Shown: positions 19,887 through 30,394, counted from the first letter of the stretch. The stretch is DNA of 64,000 nucleotides from Lentimicrobiaceae bacterium (GCA_037445555.1 JBBIKG010000008.1:14945-78944); one strand, 5' to 3'. The notes: generated by a model not told the origin, from the sequence alone. A program made the numbers and translations.

Positions 19887-21050
19887 CTACTGGTTTCGTT
19901 TCGTGGGAGTCCACACCCCCGTCAGGTTCCCCTTCATGAAGTTGATCATACCCATGAGCAATGCAAGGTTCATGGCATAAAAGTGGGTGATGAGCCTCAG
20001 CAGGCTGATGTGCAGGTGTATTGCGGCTCCCAGCCGATCGAGGACAGGCACTACACACATAAGAAACAGCTGGAAAATACTGATGTACACGAAATAACTA
20101 TCAGAAGTGGCCAGCACCGCGCTTGCCAGCAGCAACAGGAGCAGTAGCACCGGACCGAGCCACCGTATAACCTTATGCGATAGAAATGCGAAGCTAATCG
20201 GCTTCCAGGGGGTAAGCAGCAGGTGTGCAAATCGGGCCAGGTTCTGGAAATTTCCGGTGGCGATTCGAACTTTGCGCCTGTACTCCAGCCAAAGATTGTT
20301 TGAAACATCTTCAAATACCATTGCCTTCAATTCGTTAATGGCCTTTTTTCCGGACTCAAGAATGCGCATACAGATAAAGAAGTCATCTACCAGCGACTCG
20401 GGTGGAACAGGGATGAATTCATCCCTCCGCACGGCATAGCATCCGCCGAACGGTCCCATCATCGCGCCCCAGGCAAGGCTCTCGTAGTGTTTGATACTGA
20501 CCTCACGGGTGATGTATGCTTTCTCCTGGTACGAGATGCCATCGGGCTTCGTACCGGTATTAATCATACGCGAATCAACCAGGCCGATCGTCGGATTTTT
20601 GAAATGTTTTGCAAGCTCAAAAATCGTTTGCGGATGAAACATCACGTTGGCATCCGTAAACACTAATATTTCGCCTCTGGCTTCACCCGCCAGGTCGTTG
20701 ATCACTGACGGCTTGCCGCGTCTCTGGCTGAAGTGAAGGCACCGGATATTCGAATATTGCCGGGCGAGTTGCCGGACAATCTCAACGGTCCGGTCGCCGG
20801 AGGCATCACTCCCTACAAGGATTTCAAGCTTTCCTGCCGGGTAATCTGACCCAATCACACTTAAGATCTTCTCGCCTATCACCTTTTCCTCGTTATAGGC
20901 GGATATCAGAACCGAGACTGTGGGTTCTTCACCCCGACCATAAGTGAGCGGGTTGGGCTTTTTTCTGATCGAAATTAAACGGACCAGTGCCGGGTAAAGG
21001 ACGTAGGTAAAACCGACCAGGAGCAGTGATATCCAGAAAACAAAAAGCAT
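19887..21050 (-). CDS. Family-2 glycosyltransferase (membrane-anchored)
   Basis: 387 aa. Motifs: VSVLISAYNEE, VGSDASGD, FTDANVMF, plus C-terminal TM helices. Confidence 0.85.
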   Translation of the reverse strand: MLFVFWISLLLVGFTYVLYPALVRLISIRKKPNPLTYGRGEEPTVSVLISAYNEEKVIGEKILSVIGSDYPAGKLEILVGSDASGDRTVEIVRQLARQYSNIRCLHFSQRRGKPSVINDLAGEARGEILVFTDANVMFHPQTIFELAKHFKNPTIGLVDSRMINTGTKPDGISYQEKAYITREVSIKHYESLAWGAMMGPFGGCYAVRRDEFIPVPPESLVDDFFICMRILESGKKAINELKAMVFEDVSNNLWLEYRRKVRIATGNFQNLARFAHLLLTPWKPISFAFLSHKVIRWLGPVLLLLLLLASAVLATSDSYFVYISIFQLFLMCVVPVLDRLGAAIHLHISLLRLITHFYAMNLALLMGMINFMKGNLTGVWTPTKRNQ

Positions 21051-21051
21051 C

Positions 21052-22266
21052 TCAGGGAAGATGAGTTAGGTAAAAACGGGCCAGTGCGTCGGCTACTTTC
21101 AGGTTATCGTAATTCTCGCGGGCAAATTGCATGGCGTTTTGTCCCATGGCTTGAATACGTGTAGGATCACCAAGCAGGTAGTGGAGGGCCTGCACCATCT
21201 CGTCAACCGTGTCGGCAACCATGATATTTTCCTTGTGGCTGCAATCAATTCCTTCCACGCCCACAGTAGTTGAAATAATGGCTTTGCCCAGGGCCATGCC
21301 CTCGATGATCTTGATGCGCAGGCCGCTGGCCGAAAACAAGGGGACGACCATGATGCCTTTGCTGCGCATGAATTCGAAGGCATTATCCACCTCGCCTAAA
21401 AAGACAACGTTGGGCAATGCAATATTCGAAAAGGAAAAGGTGGCGTTACGCCCCGCCAGGTAAAACTTCAGGTGAGGAAATTCACGGTGTATCCGAGGCC
21501 AGGCATGGGTTAGGAACCAGCGCACACCATCAATATTGGGAGCCCAGTCCAAGGCTCCGATATGAAAGATTGAATTAAGATCCTCGCCGTTGGTAGCAGG
21601 TATGAGTTCATTCGGATCGATCCCGGTGGGTGAAACATGGATGGGCAGTTTGCATCCTAGCCGGCGGTAAATGGCTGCATCGCGTGCGGTAATGGGTATC
21701 AGCACATCGTAGTTGTTGATCATTGAGGTTTCGAACCTTTTGATCCGCTTTGCCAGGCTGTGAAGGTAGGCCCGTTTGGGCCAGGGAGTCATCACTGATA
21801 CCCTTTGCCATATTTCGTGCTCTACGTTGGGCGGCCTCATGCTTATGAGTGAGGTGGTGTGTCTGCGGATAGTACGGATGTAGGGCCCCAGGTAGGCGCC
21901 TTCGAGGTGTATTACATCGAAATGCCGCTGTGAGAGCAACTCGCCGAGTTTCTGGTCGTAGGCCGGAGTTATAAACCGCTCGGCATTGTAAGGTACTGAG
22001 CTTATCAGAAAATTTCTCAATGCCCTCAGTACCGAAATATCCGTATTCACATCCACAGGGATTATTTCAATTTTTTGGCGCACCTGATCCGGTACATTTT
22101 CGAGCCTGAAATAGTGTTTCGACGTGTTCATGACGAGCATGGTAACCGCATGGCCCAGATCGGCGAGCCCTAATGCTGTGTTTAATGTGGCAATTGCTCC
22201 TCCATCCTTGGGAGGATAGGGCATTTTGTTCGAAAGCATCAGCACCCTGAGCCTGGAAGCACTCAT
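21052..22266 (-). CDS. Family-4 (GT-B) glycosyltransferase
   Basis: 404 aa. N-terminus PYPPKDGGAIA and C-terminal motif SASGLRIKIIEGMALGKAIISTTVG (EX7E-type). Confidence 0.85.
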   Translation of the reverse strand: MSASRLRVLMLSNKMPYPPKDGGAIATLNTALGLADLGHAVTMLVMNTSKHYFRLENVPDQVRQKIEIIPVDVNTDISVLRALRNFLISSVPYNAERFITPAYDQKLGELLSQRHFDVIHLEGAYLGPYIRTIRRHTTSLISMRPPNVEHEIWQRVSVMTPWPKRAYLHSLAKRIKRFETSMINNYDVLIPITARDAAIYRRLGCKLPIHVSPTGIDPNELIPATNGEDLNSIFHIGALDWAPNIDGVRWFLTHAWPRIHREFPHLKFYLAGRNATFSFSNIALPNVVFLGEVDNAFEFMRSKGIMVVPLFSASGLRIKIIEGMALGKAIISTTVGVEGIDCSHKENIMVADTVDEMVQALHYLLGDPTRIQAMGQNAMQFARENYDNLKVADALARFYLTHLP

Positions 22267-22368
22267 AAATAAATTGGCGGTTGGCTATGCAAACATAGGT
22301 ATATGATTTGTGGTATCCAAAGAATGGGACATTACGGATGCGTTCAATGGGTGCTTTCGCTGTTTTAT

Positions 22369-22376
22369 TAGTTTTG
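22369..22376 (+). promoter_or_regulatory. -7 box TAGTTTTG
   Basis: Matches TAnnTTTG, 27 nt upstream of the ettA ATG. Confidence 0.45.
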
Positions 22377-22402
22377 CACCGGAATGTTAAAGACCTTTTA
22401 TT

Positions 22403-24079
22403 ATGAGCGAAGACAACAAAATTATTTTTTCGATGGTGGGGATCGGAAAGATTGTGCCTCCCAACCGGCAAATTCTGAAAGATATATACCTGAGTTTTTA
22501 TTACGGGGCAAAAATTGGCATTATCGGGCTCAACGGTTCAGGAAAATCGAGCCTCCTGAAGATCATTGCAGGTTTGGATTCCTCGTATATTGGCCAGGTG
22601 GTATTTTCACCCGGATACAGCATCGGGCTTTTGGAACAGGAACCTTTGCTTGACAACACAAAAACGGTTCGTGAGGTTGTAGAGCAAGGGGTTCAGAAAG
22701 TTGCAAACCTACTGAAAGAATACGAGGAGGTAAATAACCGGTTTGCCGAACCAATGAACGATGCCGAAATGAACCGGCTCATTGAACGCCAGGGAGAGCT
22801 CACAGACCTTATTGAACAATGCGATGGCTGGGAACTCGACTCCAAACTCGAACGGGCCATGGATGCACTGCGCTGTCCTGAACCCGATACACCAATAATT
22901 AACCTCAGCGGGGGCGAACGGAGAAGGGTAGCACTGTGTCGGCTTCTGCTTAAAGAGCCCGATATCCTTCTTCTCGATGAGCCAACCAACCATCTGGACG
23001 CAGAATCTGTTGAATGGCTCGAACATCACCTGCAACAATACAAGGGCACCGTGATTGCAGTGACCCATGACCGTTATTTTCTCGACAACGTAGCAGGCTG
23101 GATACTGGAACTTGACCGCGGCGAGGGCATTCCCTGGAAGGGAAATTACAGCTCGTGGCTTGAGCAGAAATCTAACCGTCTGGCTTTGGAAGAAAAAACC
23201 GAAAGTCGTCGGCGCAAAACACTCGAGCGTGAGCTTGAATGGGTGCGAATGTCGCCAAAGGCACGCCAGGCAAAAGGTAAGGCACGCTTATCAGCCTATG
23301 AAAAGCTGATGAATGAAGACATCAAACAAAAGGAAGATCGCCTTGAAATCTTTATACCCAACGGGCCAAGGCTTGGCAATAAAGTGATTGAGGCTAAAGA
23401 CGTGTCCAAATCGTATGGTGATAAACTTCTGTTCGAAAACCTGTCCTTCTCTGTTCCTCCGGGAAGTATCGTGGGTATTATCGGACCAAACGGTGCCGGA
23501 AAAACAACCCTTTTCAGGATGCTGATGCGACAGGAAACCCCTGATAGTGGAAGTTTCGGGCTTGGAGACACCGTTAAGCTTGGCTACATTGACCAGGCGC
23601 ATGCCGAAATTGATCCTGGAAAAAATGTCTGGGAAGTGATAAGCCAGGGCCATGAGCTTATTCAGCTCGGCGGGAGGCAAATGAACTCACGAGCGTATGT
23701 TGCAAGGTTCAACTTTACCGGGGCCGATCAGGCCAAGAAAGCTGGCGTATTGAGCGGAGGAGAGCGTAACCGCTTGCATCTGGCCCTCACCTTGCGTAGC
23801 GAAGCCAATGTTCTCCTGCTCGACGAGCCGACAAACGACATAGACGTCAACACCCTTCGAGCGCTTGAAGAAGGCCTGGAGAATTTTGCGGGCTGTGTCC
23901 TAATCATCTCTCACGACAGGTGGTTTCTCGACCGCATTGCCACACATATACTCGCTTTTGAAGGCAACTCGCAGGTGTACTTTTTCGAAGGAGGCTACAC
24001 CGATTACGAAGAAAACAAGCGGAAACGCCTGGGCGACGAAGGCCCCAAACGCATCAGATACAAAAAGCTGGTGAAATAA
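22403..24079 (+). CDS. ettA: Energy-dependent translational throttle protein EttA (ABC-F ATPase)
   Basis: 558 aa with two ABC cassettes (GLNGSGKSS / LSGGERRR; GPNGAGKTT / LSGGERNR). The N-terminus IIFSMVGIGKIVPPNRQILKDIYLSFYYGAKIG is typical of EttA. Confidence 0.9.
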   Translation: MSEDNKIIFSMVGIGKIVPPNRQILKDIYLSFYYGAKIGIIGLNGSGKSSLLKIIAGLDSSYIGQVVFSPGYSIGLLEQEPLLDNTKTVREVVEQGVQKVANLLKEYEEVNNRFAEPMNDAEMNRLIERQGELTDLIEQCDGWELDSKLERAMDALRCPEPDTPIINLSGGERRRVALCRLLLKEPDILLLDEPTNHLDAESVEWLEHHLQQYKGTVIAVTHDRYFLDNVAGWILELDRGEGIPWKGNYSSWLEQKSNRLALEEKTESRRRKTLERELEWVRMSPKARQAKGKARLSAYEKLMNEDIKQKEDRLEIFIPNGPRLGNKVIEAKDVSKSYGDKLLFENLSFSVPPGSIVGIIGPNGAGKTTLFRMLMRQETPDSGSFGLGDTVKLGYIDQAHAEIDPGKNVWEVISQGHELIQLGGRQMNSRAYVARFNFTGADQAKKAGVLSGGERNRLHLALTLRSEANVLLLDEPTNDIDVNTLRALEEGLENFAGCVLIISHDRWFLDRIATHILAFEGNSQVYFFEGGYTDYEENKRKRLGDEGPKRIRYKKLVK

Positions 24080-24154
24080 AGCTACAGATTCAGTACACAC
24101 CGGAATTACCAGTCTGAGTTTGGCTTTTCATTAGGTCTGAGTACCTAAAATCTT

Positions 24155-24162
24155 TACATTTG
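24155..24162 (+). promoter_or_regulatory. -7 box TACATTTG
   Basis: Matches TAnnTTTG, 26 nt upstream of the hisS ATG. Confidence 0.45.
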
Positions 24163-24187
24163 CGGGGTTTTATCCCAATCAGAACAC

Positions 24188-25549
24188 ATGGCCAAGCATT
24201 CGTCAATCCCGAAAGGAACAAGAGATTTTCTGCCTCAGGAAAGCCTGCGGCGCGCTTATATTTTTTCCACTATCCGGTCGGTTTTCAGGCTTTATGGATA
24301 TCAGCCCATCGAAACGCCGGCCATGGAAAACCTTTCTACCCTCCTGGGTAAGTATGGAGAGGAAGGAGATAAGCTGCTTTTCAGGATTCTCAACTCCGGT
24401 AATTTTTTATCCGGTGTACCTGCAGATGCGTTGCATCAGGGTGAAGCCACTGCCCTGGCCTCGAAGATTTGCGAAAAAGGTTTACGTTATGACCTGACTG
24501 TGCCTTTTGCGCGTTTTGTTGTTCAGCATCTGAATGAAATTACTTTTCCGTTCAAACGCTACCAGATTCAACCCGTGTGGCGCGCTGACCGTCCACAAAA
24601 GGGACGCTACCGCGAATTTTTTCAGTGCGATGCAGATGTGATCGGAAGCGACTCCCTGCTAAATGAAGCTGAGATGGTTCAGATTATCGATGATGTTTTT
24701 TCCTCGCTTGGCATCCGGGTTCGTATTATCCTGAATAACCGCAAGATTCTTGCGGGAATAGCCGAAGTCCTCGGCATTGCAGGCAAGCTGATTCCGTTCA
24801 CTATTGCCATCGACAAAATCGAAAAAGCCGGTATAGACTCTGTGCATACGGAGCTCCTTGCGCTTGGGGTGCCGGAAACAGCCCTCGAGCGCCTGACTGG
24901 GGTCCTCAACCCGGCAAGCCAGGGAGTTCAGGTTCCGTCGGTGATAGAGCAAATGATAGCTGACAGTGAAATAGGACGGAAAGGTATCATCGAGATGACC
25001 GAAATATTGAAATATCTTTCTGCCTTGCCCCTGAAGTCAGAAGTTGTGATTAACCCCTCGCTTGCACGAGGACTGAATTACTATACCGGAACCATTATCG
25101 AAGTGAAAGCTGCGGATGTCCAGATCGGCAGTATTTGCGGAGGAGGACGCTACGATGACCTGACCAGAATTTTTGGACTCCCCGGCGTATCTGGCGTGGG
25201 TGTATCTTTTGGCGCTGAGCGCATCTATGATGTACTCGCTGAACTGAAGGCTTTCCCGGCCGCGATGGAAGGAAGTACCAAGGTGCTGTTCATAAATTTT
25301 GGCCGAGCCGAAGCCATGCGCTGTCTGGCACTCATGCAGCAGCTCAGGGCTAAGGGTATTAGCACCGAGCTATATCCCGATAATGCAAAAATCAAGAAAC
25401 AGTTTTCATATGCGGACGCCAGGCAGATACCTTTGGTAGCCATTATCGGCGAGGAAGAATTATCATCCGGAAAGGTGATCCTCAAGAACATGGTATCAGG
25501 AGAGCAGGTTGTCGCCGAACAGGCACAATTGGCTGATTTAATAGTTTAA
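24188..25549 (+). CDS. hisS: Histidine--tRNA ligase
   Basis: 453 aa. Motifs: KGTRDFLP, YQIQPVWRADRPQKGRYREFFQCDADVIG, GGGRYD. Confidence 0.95.
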   Translation: MAKHSSIPKGTRDFLPQESLRRAYIFSTIRSVFRLYGYQPIETPAMENLSTLLGKYGEEGDKLLFRILNSGNFLSGVPADALHQGEATALASKICEKGLRYDLTVPFARFVVQHLNEITFPFKRYQIQPVWRADRPQKGRYREFFQCDADVIGSDSLLNEAEMVQIIDDVFSSLGIRVRIILNNRKILAGIAEVLGIAGKLIPFTIAIDKIEKAGIDSVHTELLALGVPETALERLTGVLNPASQGVQVPSVIEQMIADSEIGRKGIIEMTEILKYLSALPLKSEVVINPSLARGLNYYTGTIIEVKAADVQIGSICGGGRYDDLTRIFGLPGVSGVGVSFGAERIYDVLAELKAFPAAMEGSTKVLFINFGRAEAMRCLALMQQLRAKGISTELYPDNAKIKKQFSYADARQIPLVAIIGEEELSSGKVILKNMVSGEQVVAEQAQLADLIV

Positions 25550-25558
25550 AGGAGTTGT

Positions 25559-27085
25559 ATGGCTGAGAAGTTTGTAATTGACTGTGGCCTTCTGGATTTC
25601 GAAATCATTGAGGCCATTCTTGTAGAAGGCAGGCAGCTGGTACTGGCACCAGAGACCATTGAACGTATTCAACGTTGCCGCGACTATCTTGACAACAAAG
25701 TCGAAACCTCTGCAGAACCCATTTATGGTGTCAATACCGGTTTTGGCGCGCTGTGTGATGTGAAAATCTCTAAGCACGAGCTGGGCACGTTGCAGCGAAA
25801 TCTGGTGATGAGCCATGCCTGCGGCGTGGGTAACGAAGTTTCGTCCGACATAGTCAAACTGATGCTGCTGCTCAAAATTCAGTCGCTCGCTTACGGCCAT
25901 AGCGCGGTCCAGGTTGAGACAGTGCAGCGGTTGGTTGATTTTTTCAATCACGACGTGTTGCCGGTGGTATATGAATTCGGGTCGCTGGGTGCTTCGGGCG
26001 ACCTTGCCCCCCTTGCACACGTGTCGCTACCTCTGTTGGGAATGGGTGAGGTTTGGTTTGAAGGGGGAAAAAAACCGGCATCAGATGTGCAGAAAAAATT
26101 CGGTTGGCAACCCATTGAGATGAAATCAAAGGAGGGGCTGGCGTTGCTGAATGGAACCCAGTTTATGAGCGCTATCGGCGTTATGGCTTGCCTGAAGGCA
26201 TTCAGGTTATCGCGCCTGGCCGATATTATTTCAGCCATATCACTCGATGCGTTTGATGGCCGGATCGAACCTTTTCATGAACACATACAACAGATCAGGC
26301 CGCATAAAGGCCAGATTAAAACTGCCGCACGCATACGTGCCCTGCTTGACGGAAGCGAGCTGATAAACCGTTTCAAACTCCACGTGCAGGACCCGTATTC
26401 GTTCCGTTGCATACCCCAGGTTCACGGCGCATCAAAAGACTCGATCAATTATGTAGCGTATGTTTTCCGCAAGGAGATCAACAGCGTGACGGATAATCCC
26501 ACTGTGTTCCCTGACGAAGACCTGGTAATCTCGGCAGGAAATTTCCATGGTCAACCCCTTGCCCTGGCTTTTGATAACCTCTGCATTGCTCTGGCCGAAC
26601 TTGGCAGCATATCCGAGAGGCGCACTTACCAGCTTCTGGCAGGCAAACGGGGCCTCCCACATTTTCTGGTAGCCAACTCAGGCCTGAATTCGGGCTTCAT
26701 GATACCACAATATACCGCAGCATCACTGGTAAGCCGAAACAAGCAGCTTTGCACCCCATCATCGGTGGACAGCCTTGAATCGTCGCAGGGGCAGGAAGAC
26801 CATGTGAGCATGGGGGCCAATGCGGCCACCAAAACGCTGCAGGTAATTGACAACCTGAGGAGAATACTGGCTATAGAGTTGTACAATGCCGCACAGGCTA
26901 TGGATTTCCGTCGTCCGGCCGAAACATCAGCGGTGCTTGAGCGCTTCCTGAAAGCCTACCGCAACAGGGTTGCCTTTGTAAGTGACGACAAGGTGATGTA
27001 CCACGACATTGCCGCCAGCGTTGAATTTCTGCAGGAAGTGGGCATTGAACTTCCCGGGGAGGATGTGAAGGTTTACAAACTCTGA
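25559..27085 (+). CDS. hutH: Histidine ammonia-lyase (canonical ASG MIO motif)
   Basis: 508 aa. Motifs: YGVNTGFGAL, LVMSHACGVG (Ser-His selectivity pair), GSLGASGDLAPLAH (ASG codons at 25991-25999), QDPYSFRCIPQVHG. Confidence 0.9.
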   Translation: MAEKFVIDCGLLDFEIIEAILVEGRQLVLAPETIERIQRCRDYLDNKVETSAEPIYGVNTGFGALCDVKISKHELGTLQRNLVMSHACGVGNEVSSDIVKLMLLLKIQSLAYGHSAVQVETVQRLVDFFNHDVLPVVYEFGSLGASGDLAPLAHVSLPLLGMGEVWFEGGKKPASDVQKKFGWQPIEMKSKEGLALLNGTQFMSAIGVMACLKAFRLSRLADIISAISLDAFDGRIEPFHEHIQQIRPHKGQIKTAARIRALLDGSELINRFKLHVQDPYSFRCIPQVHGASKDSINYVAYVFRKEINSVTDNPTVFPDEDLVISAGNFHGQPLALAFDNLCIALAELGSISERRTYQLLAGKRGLPHFLVANSGLNSGFMIPQYTAASLVSRNKQLCTPSSVDSLESSQGQEDHVSMGANAATKTLQVIDNLRRILAIELYNAAQAMDFRRPAETSAVLERFLKAYRNRVAFVSDDKVMYHDIAASVEFLQEVGIELPGEDVKVYKL

Positions 27086-27097
27086 AATACGTGGTAC

Positions 27098-29989
27098 ATG
27101 AAGAAGTTCCTTTTCGCCGGAATGTTATTTATGCTTGTACATGCTCAGGCGCAATACTATACGGCCGGGCAGGATCCTTTTTTGCAACGGTGGAGGCAGT
27201 TGACGACCCCTGGCTTCCGTTTCATTTATCCTGAAAACTGGGAAGGTAATATCCAGGAATTGGCGAAATTCCACGAAATGATAAGACCGCCTCTCTCATC
27301 CCAGCTGGGCAGCAATCCCAGCAGGATACCGGTAGTGCTTCGAAGCCAGAGCATGTTGAGTAATGGTTTTGTGATGTGGGCACCGAAAAGGGTCGAAATG
27401 ATTACTTCCGTTCCTTACGATCACGAAGCCAGCGATTGGATAAATCACCTGACCATACACGAGTTCAGGCATGTGGCGCAGGTTGAAGCTGCCAACGTAT
27501 CCACCACCCGATTCTTATCCCGTATTTTCGGACAGCACATTACAGGTGCTGTTACGGGGCTGCACCTTCCTCTCTGGTTTCTGGAAGGAGACGCCGTGCT
27601 TGCGGAAACCATCTTTTCAAAGGCAGGCCGCGGCAGGCTTCCTTCGTTTTATATGCCCCTTGCCGCCCAGCTGGCCGAAAAGGAAATATATTCATACGAT
27701 AAAGCCATCTTTGGCTCCTACCGCGACATGAATCCCAATCATTACGTAATCGGCTACCACCTGGTATCAGGAATTCAAAAAGATTTTGGTTTTCAACCTT
27801 TCCGGCAGGGCCTTCACCGCTCCGGGACTGTTCCGTTTTTGCCGGCCCGATTTTCGGGTGGAGTTAAACAGGTTACCGGAAAAAGGCCTGAAAAACTTTA
27901 CAGACAGATTTTTTCGAATCTTGCGCAGCAATGGAAAACAGAATCCGGAACAACACAAACATCAGAGTTCGTATCGGTAAGCGGTACCACCAGACTTGAT
28001 TACGCAAACTATCACAACCCGCATTTCCTGGATTCATCGGGGGCCATGATTGCCGTTCGTACTGCACCCTCCGATATACCGAGAGTGGTTGTAGTAAATG
28101 AAAACAAGAAAGATTCCATTCTTTTCTCGCCCGGATACGGATTTTACAACACCTTCAGCTATGCCTCGGGCAGGGCAGTGTGGACGGAGATTACCTACGA
28201 TCCCCGGTGGTCATATCGCGTATATTCCAACATACGGGTGCTTGACCTCGCAGGAGGAAAGAGCCGGTTAATTGGCGGGAAGCAAAGACTGCAATCTCCC
28301 GGATTATCTGCCGACGGAAAAAAAATCGTTGCCATCGAACTGGACGAAATCAACAAATGGAGACTCGTTCTTGTAGATGCGGAATCAGGGGAGGAATTAT
28401 ATTCATACAGCAACAACAGTTTTTCATTGTTACAGGACCCATGTTTCGATGAAGCAGACGGCACCATAGTCGCAGTAGGGTTCGAGCAAACTTCGGGTAA
28501 ATGGCTGGTAGCCATCAACCCCTGCAATCAGACCATCGTTCCTCTTTTCAATGCCGGACACACGCAGATAAGCCATCCTGTGGTTTATGACGGCATCATA
28601 TACTTTACCGGGGCCTGGAGCGGAAAAGATGAAATTTATGCGTTCGATCGCAGGTCAGAACATGTCAGCAGGTGCGTAAACACTCCTTTTGGAGCAATGC
28701 ATGCTAAGTTATCAACCGACGGCGGAACAATCGTATTCAACAATCTGACCAGTGAAGGAACTAAGATTGCCAAAGCAGGAAACAAACCCGGTGCCATCGT
28801 TGATCCGAAGGGAATCACTGACTCCTCTCCGCGACTTTTTTTGAGGGGGCAGCAGGAAACAATATTTCCTCTCAAAGAAATTGCATATGCTGATACCATT
28901 TTCCCTACCCGAAAGTTTAACAAACTGATGAACGCGTTGCACTTTCACAGCTGGGCGCCTGCCTACCTGAATGTTGCAGGTATGACGGCAGGAACAGGAC
29001 TGACGTTTTTTTCGCAGGACCTGCTTGGATCCACCGTATTCTCAGGGGGCTATCAATCGGTGCCTGAAAACAAAGGCAACTGGTTTTTTGCTGATCTCTC
29101 GCTAAAAGCATTCTATCCTGTGCTTTCCGTCAGAAACGAAACCGGATGGGAAGACCGTCATTACCGCACCGGAGATCAGACGACAGTGAAACTGAAAACC
29201 GACGTATACAAGCTGACGGGGTCGGCAAGTCTTCCGTTATCGTTTCAGTCCAATTCCATCCTTTGGGGATTTTCGCCCCGGGTGAGCACCTCTCAGGAAT
29301 TTTATGTCTTTACCTACCAGAACAAAGAGAATCAAAGAAGCATCCAGTCGATGTCGTATCGCATGTATTTATATGCGTATCGTCGTATGGCTTTGCGTGA
29401 CTTGTTTCCCAGGCTTGGGATTGCTTCGTCCTTTCAGTTCAGCCACACTCCCTTTGCCGGCGACAATACCAGCAACCGTATTGATGCAGGAACCCGGAAA
29501 ATTTTCGAGGTATCAACCTACCTGCCTGGTTTGCTAAGACACCACAGCTTCAGGGCGTATTACGGAAAACAGTTCATCCATCCGCAGCGCACCTATTTCA
29601 CAAGCGCCCTGCCATTCGCACGTGGATATACCAGTCCTTCGTCGCCATCAGAATTAACCACCCTGCTGCTGCGATACTCGTTTCCCTTGGCCTATCCCGA
29701 CCTTGCCGTAGGCTCGCTCTTGTATGCCAAGCGGCTGAAGGCAACCCTTTTCTACGATTTCAGCTACCGCTCTTTAGATGGCGGTTCCGGCAGTTTTGAA
29801 TCGGCAGGTCTGGATGTACTGGCCGATGTTCACCTATTGAGAATGCCTATGCCTTTTGAGCTGGGATTTCGTTTTATATACCGGCTGAATGACAATAAGC
29901 CAGGCTTTAAGCTGGTTTGGAGTGTGGATTTCTACACCCTGGGCAGGTTGTTCGGATCGGGATCGTTTGCACCTCTTGTTTTTAAATAG
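27098..29989 (+). CDS. Large secreted protein: MA-clan HExxH metallopeptidase-like N-domain, TolB/PD40-like beta-propeller repeats and a probable beta-rich C-terminal region
   Basis: 963 aa with a signal peptide (MLFMLVHAQAQ). It has HEFRH followed by WFLEGDAVLAE (Peptidase_MA_2-like pattern) and repeats such as LSADGKKIVAIE and LSTDGGTIVFN. Confidence 0.55.
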   Translation: MKKFLFAGMLFMLVHAQAQYYTAGQDPFLQRWRQLTTPGFRFIYPENWEGNIQELAKFHEMIRPPLSSQLGSNPSRIPVVLRSQSMLSNGFVMWAPKRVEMITSVPYDHEASDWINHLTIHEFRHVAQVEAANVSTTRFLSRIFGQHITGAVTGLHLPLWFLEGDAVLAETIFSKAGRGRLPSFYMPLAAQLAEKEIYSYDKAIFGSYRDMNPNHYVIGYHLVSGIQKDFGFQPFRQGLHRSGTVPFLPARFSGGVKQVTGKRPEKLYRQIFSNLAQQWKTESGTTQTSEFVSVSGTTRLDYANYHNPHFLDSSGAMIAVRTAPSDIPRVVVVNENKKDSILFSPGYGFYNTFSYASGRAVWTEITYDPRWSYRVYSNIRVLDLAGGKSRLIGGKQRLQSPGLSADGKKIVAIELDEINKWRLVLVDAESGEELYSYSNNSFSLLQDPCFDEADGTIVAVGFEQTSGKWLVAINPCNQTIVPLFNAGHTQISHPVVYDGIIYFTGAWSGKDEIYAFDRRSEHVSRCVNTPFGAMHAKLSTDGGTIVFNNLTSEGTKIAKAGNKPGAIVDPKGITDSSPRLFLRGQQETIFPLKEIAYADTIFPTRKFNKLMNALHFHSWAPAYLNVAGMTAGTGLTFFSQDLLGSTVFSGGYQSVPENKGNWFFADLSLKAFYPVLSVRNETGWEDRHYRTGDQTTVKLKTDVYKLTGSASLPLSFQSNSILWGFSPRVSTSQEFYVFTYQNKENQRSIQSMSYRMYLYAYRRMALRDLFPRLGIASSFQFSHTPFAGDNTSNRIDAGTRKIFEVSTYLPGLLRHHSFRAYYGKQFIHPQRTYFTSALPFARGYTSPSSPSELTTLLLRYSFPLAYPDLAVGSLLYAKRLKATLFYDFSYRSLDGGSGSFESAGLDVLADVHLLRMPMPFELGFRFIYRLNDNKPGFKLVWSVDFYTLGRLFGSGSFAPLVFK

Positions 29990-30052
29990 TCTCCGCAGCG
30001 GGCTATTGTTTATCGGGAACGTTTATTGCATCTTTGTAGAAAAATATTTGCC

Positions 30053-30394
30053 ATGAATTTTCTGCTAAGAGTCATTATTACTGCCATTGCAGCCATTGTT
30101 GCCGCATGGCTCCTGCCGGGCGTAAGTATTGACGGCTTTCTTACAGCCATCGTATTTGCCTTTGTGCTCGCCTTGCTGAACTCTATCCTCAAACCCATCC
30201 TAGTCATCCTGACCATACCGATTACGCTACTCACCTTCGGATTGTTTCTGCTTGTCATCAACGCCTTGCTGGTTTTACTGGCAGATCGTATCACAACCGG
30301 GGTGACAGTAGAAGGATTTTGGTGGGCGCTGTTGTTCAGCATTGTGCTCTCGATCGTTTCAGCAATCCTGGGTATCGATAAAACTAAGAAATAG
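30053..30394 (+). CDS. Phage-holin-family-IV-like (Phage_holin_4_2) small membrane protein
   Basis: Start taken at ATG 30053 (MNFLLRVIITAIAAIVAAWLLPGV...). It has four predicted TM helices. The ILKPILVILTIPITLLTFGLFLLVINAL pattern is typical of the family. Confidence 0.7.
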   Translation: MNFLLRVIITAIAAIVAAWLLPGVSIDGFLTAIVFAFVLALLNSILKPILVILTIPITLLTFGLFLLVINALLVLLADRITTGVTVEGFWWALLFSIVLSIVSAILGIDKTKK

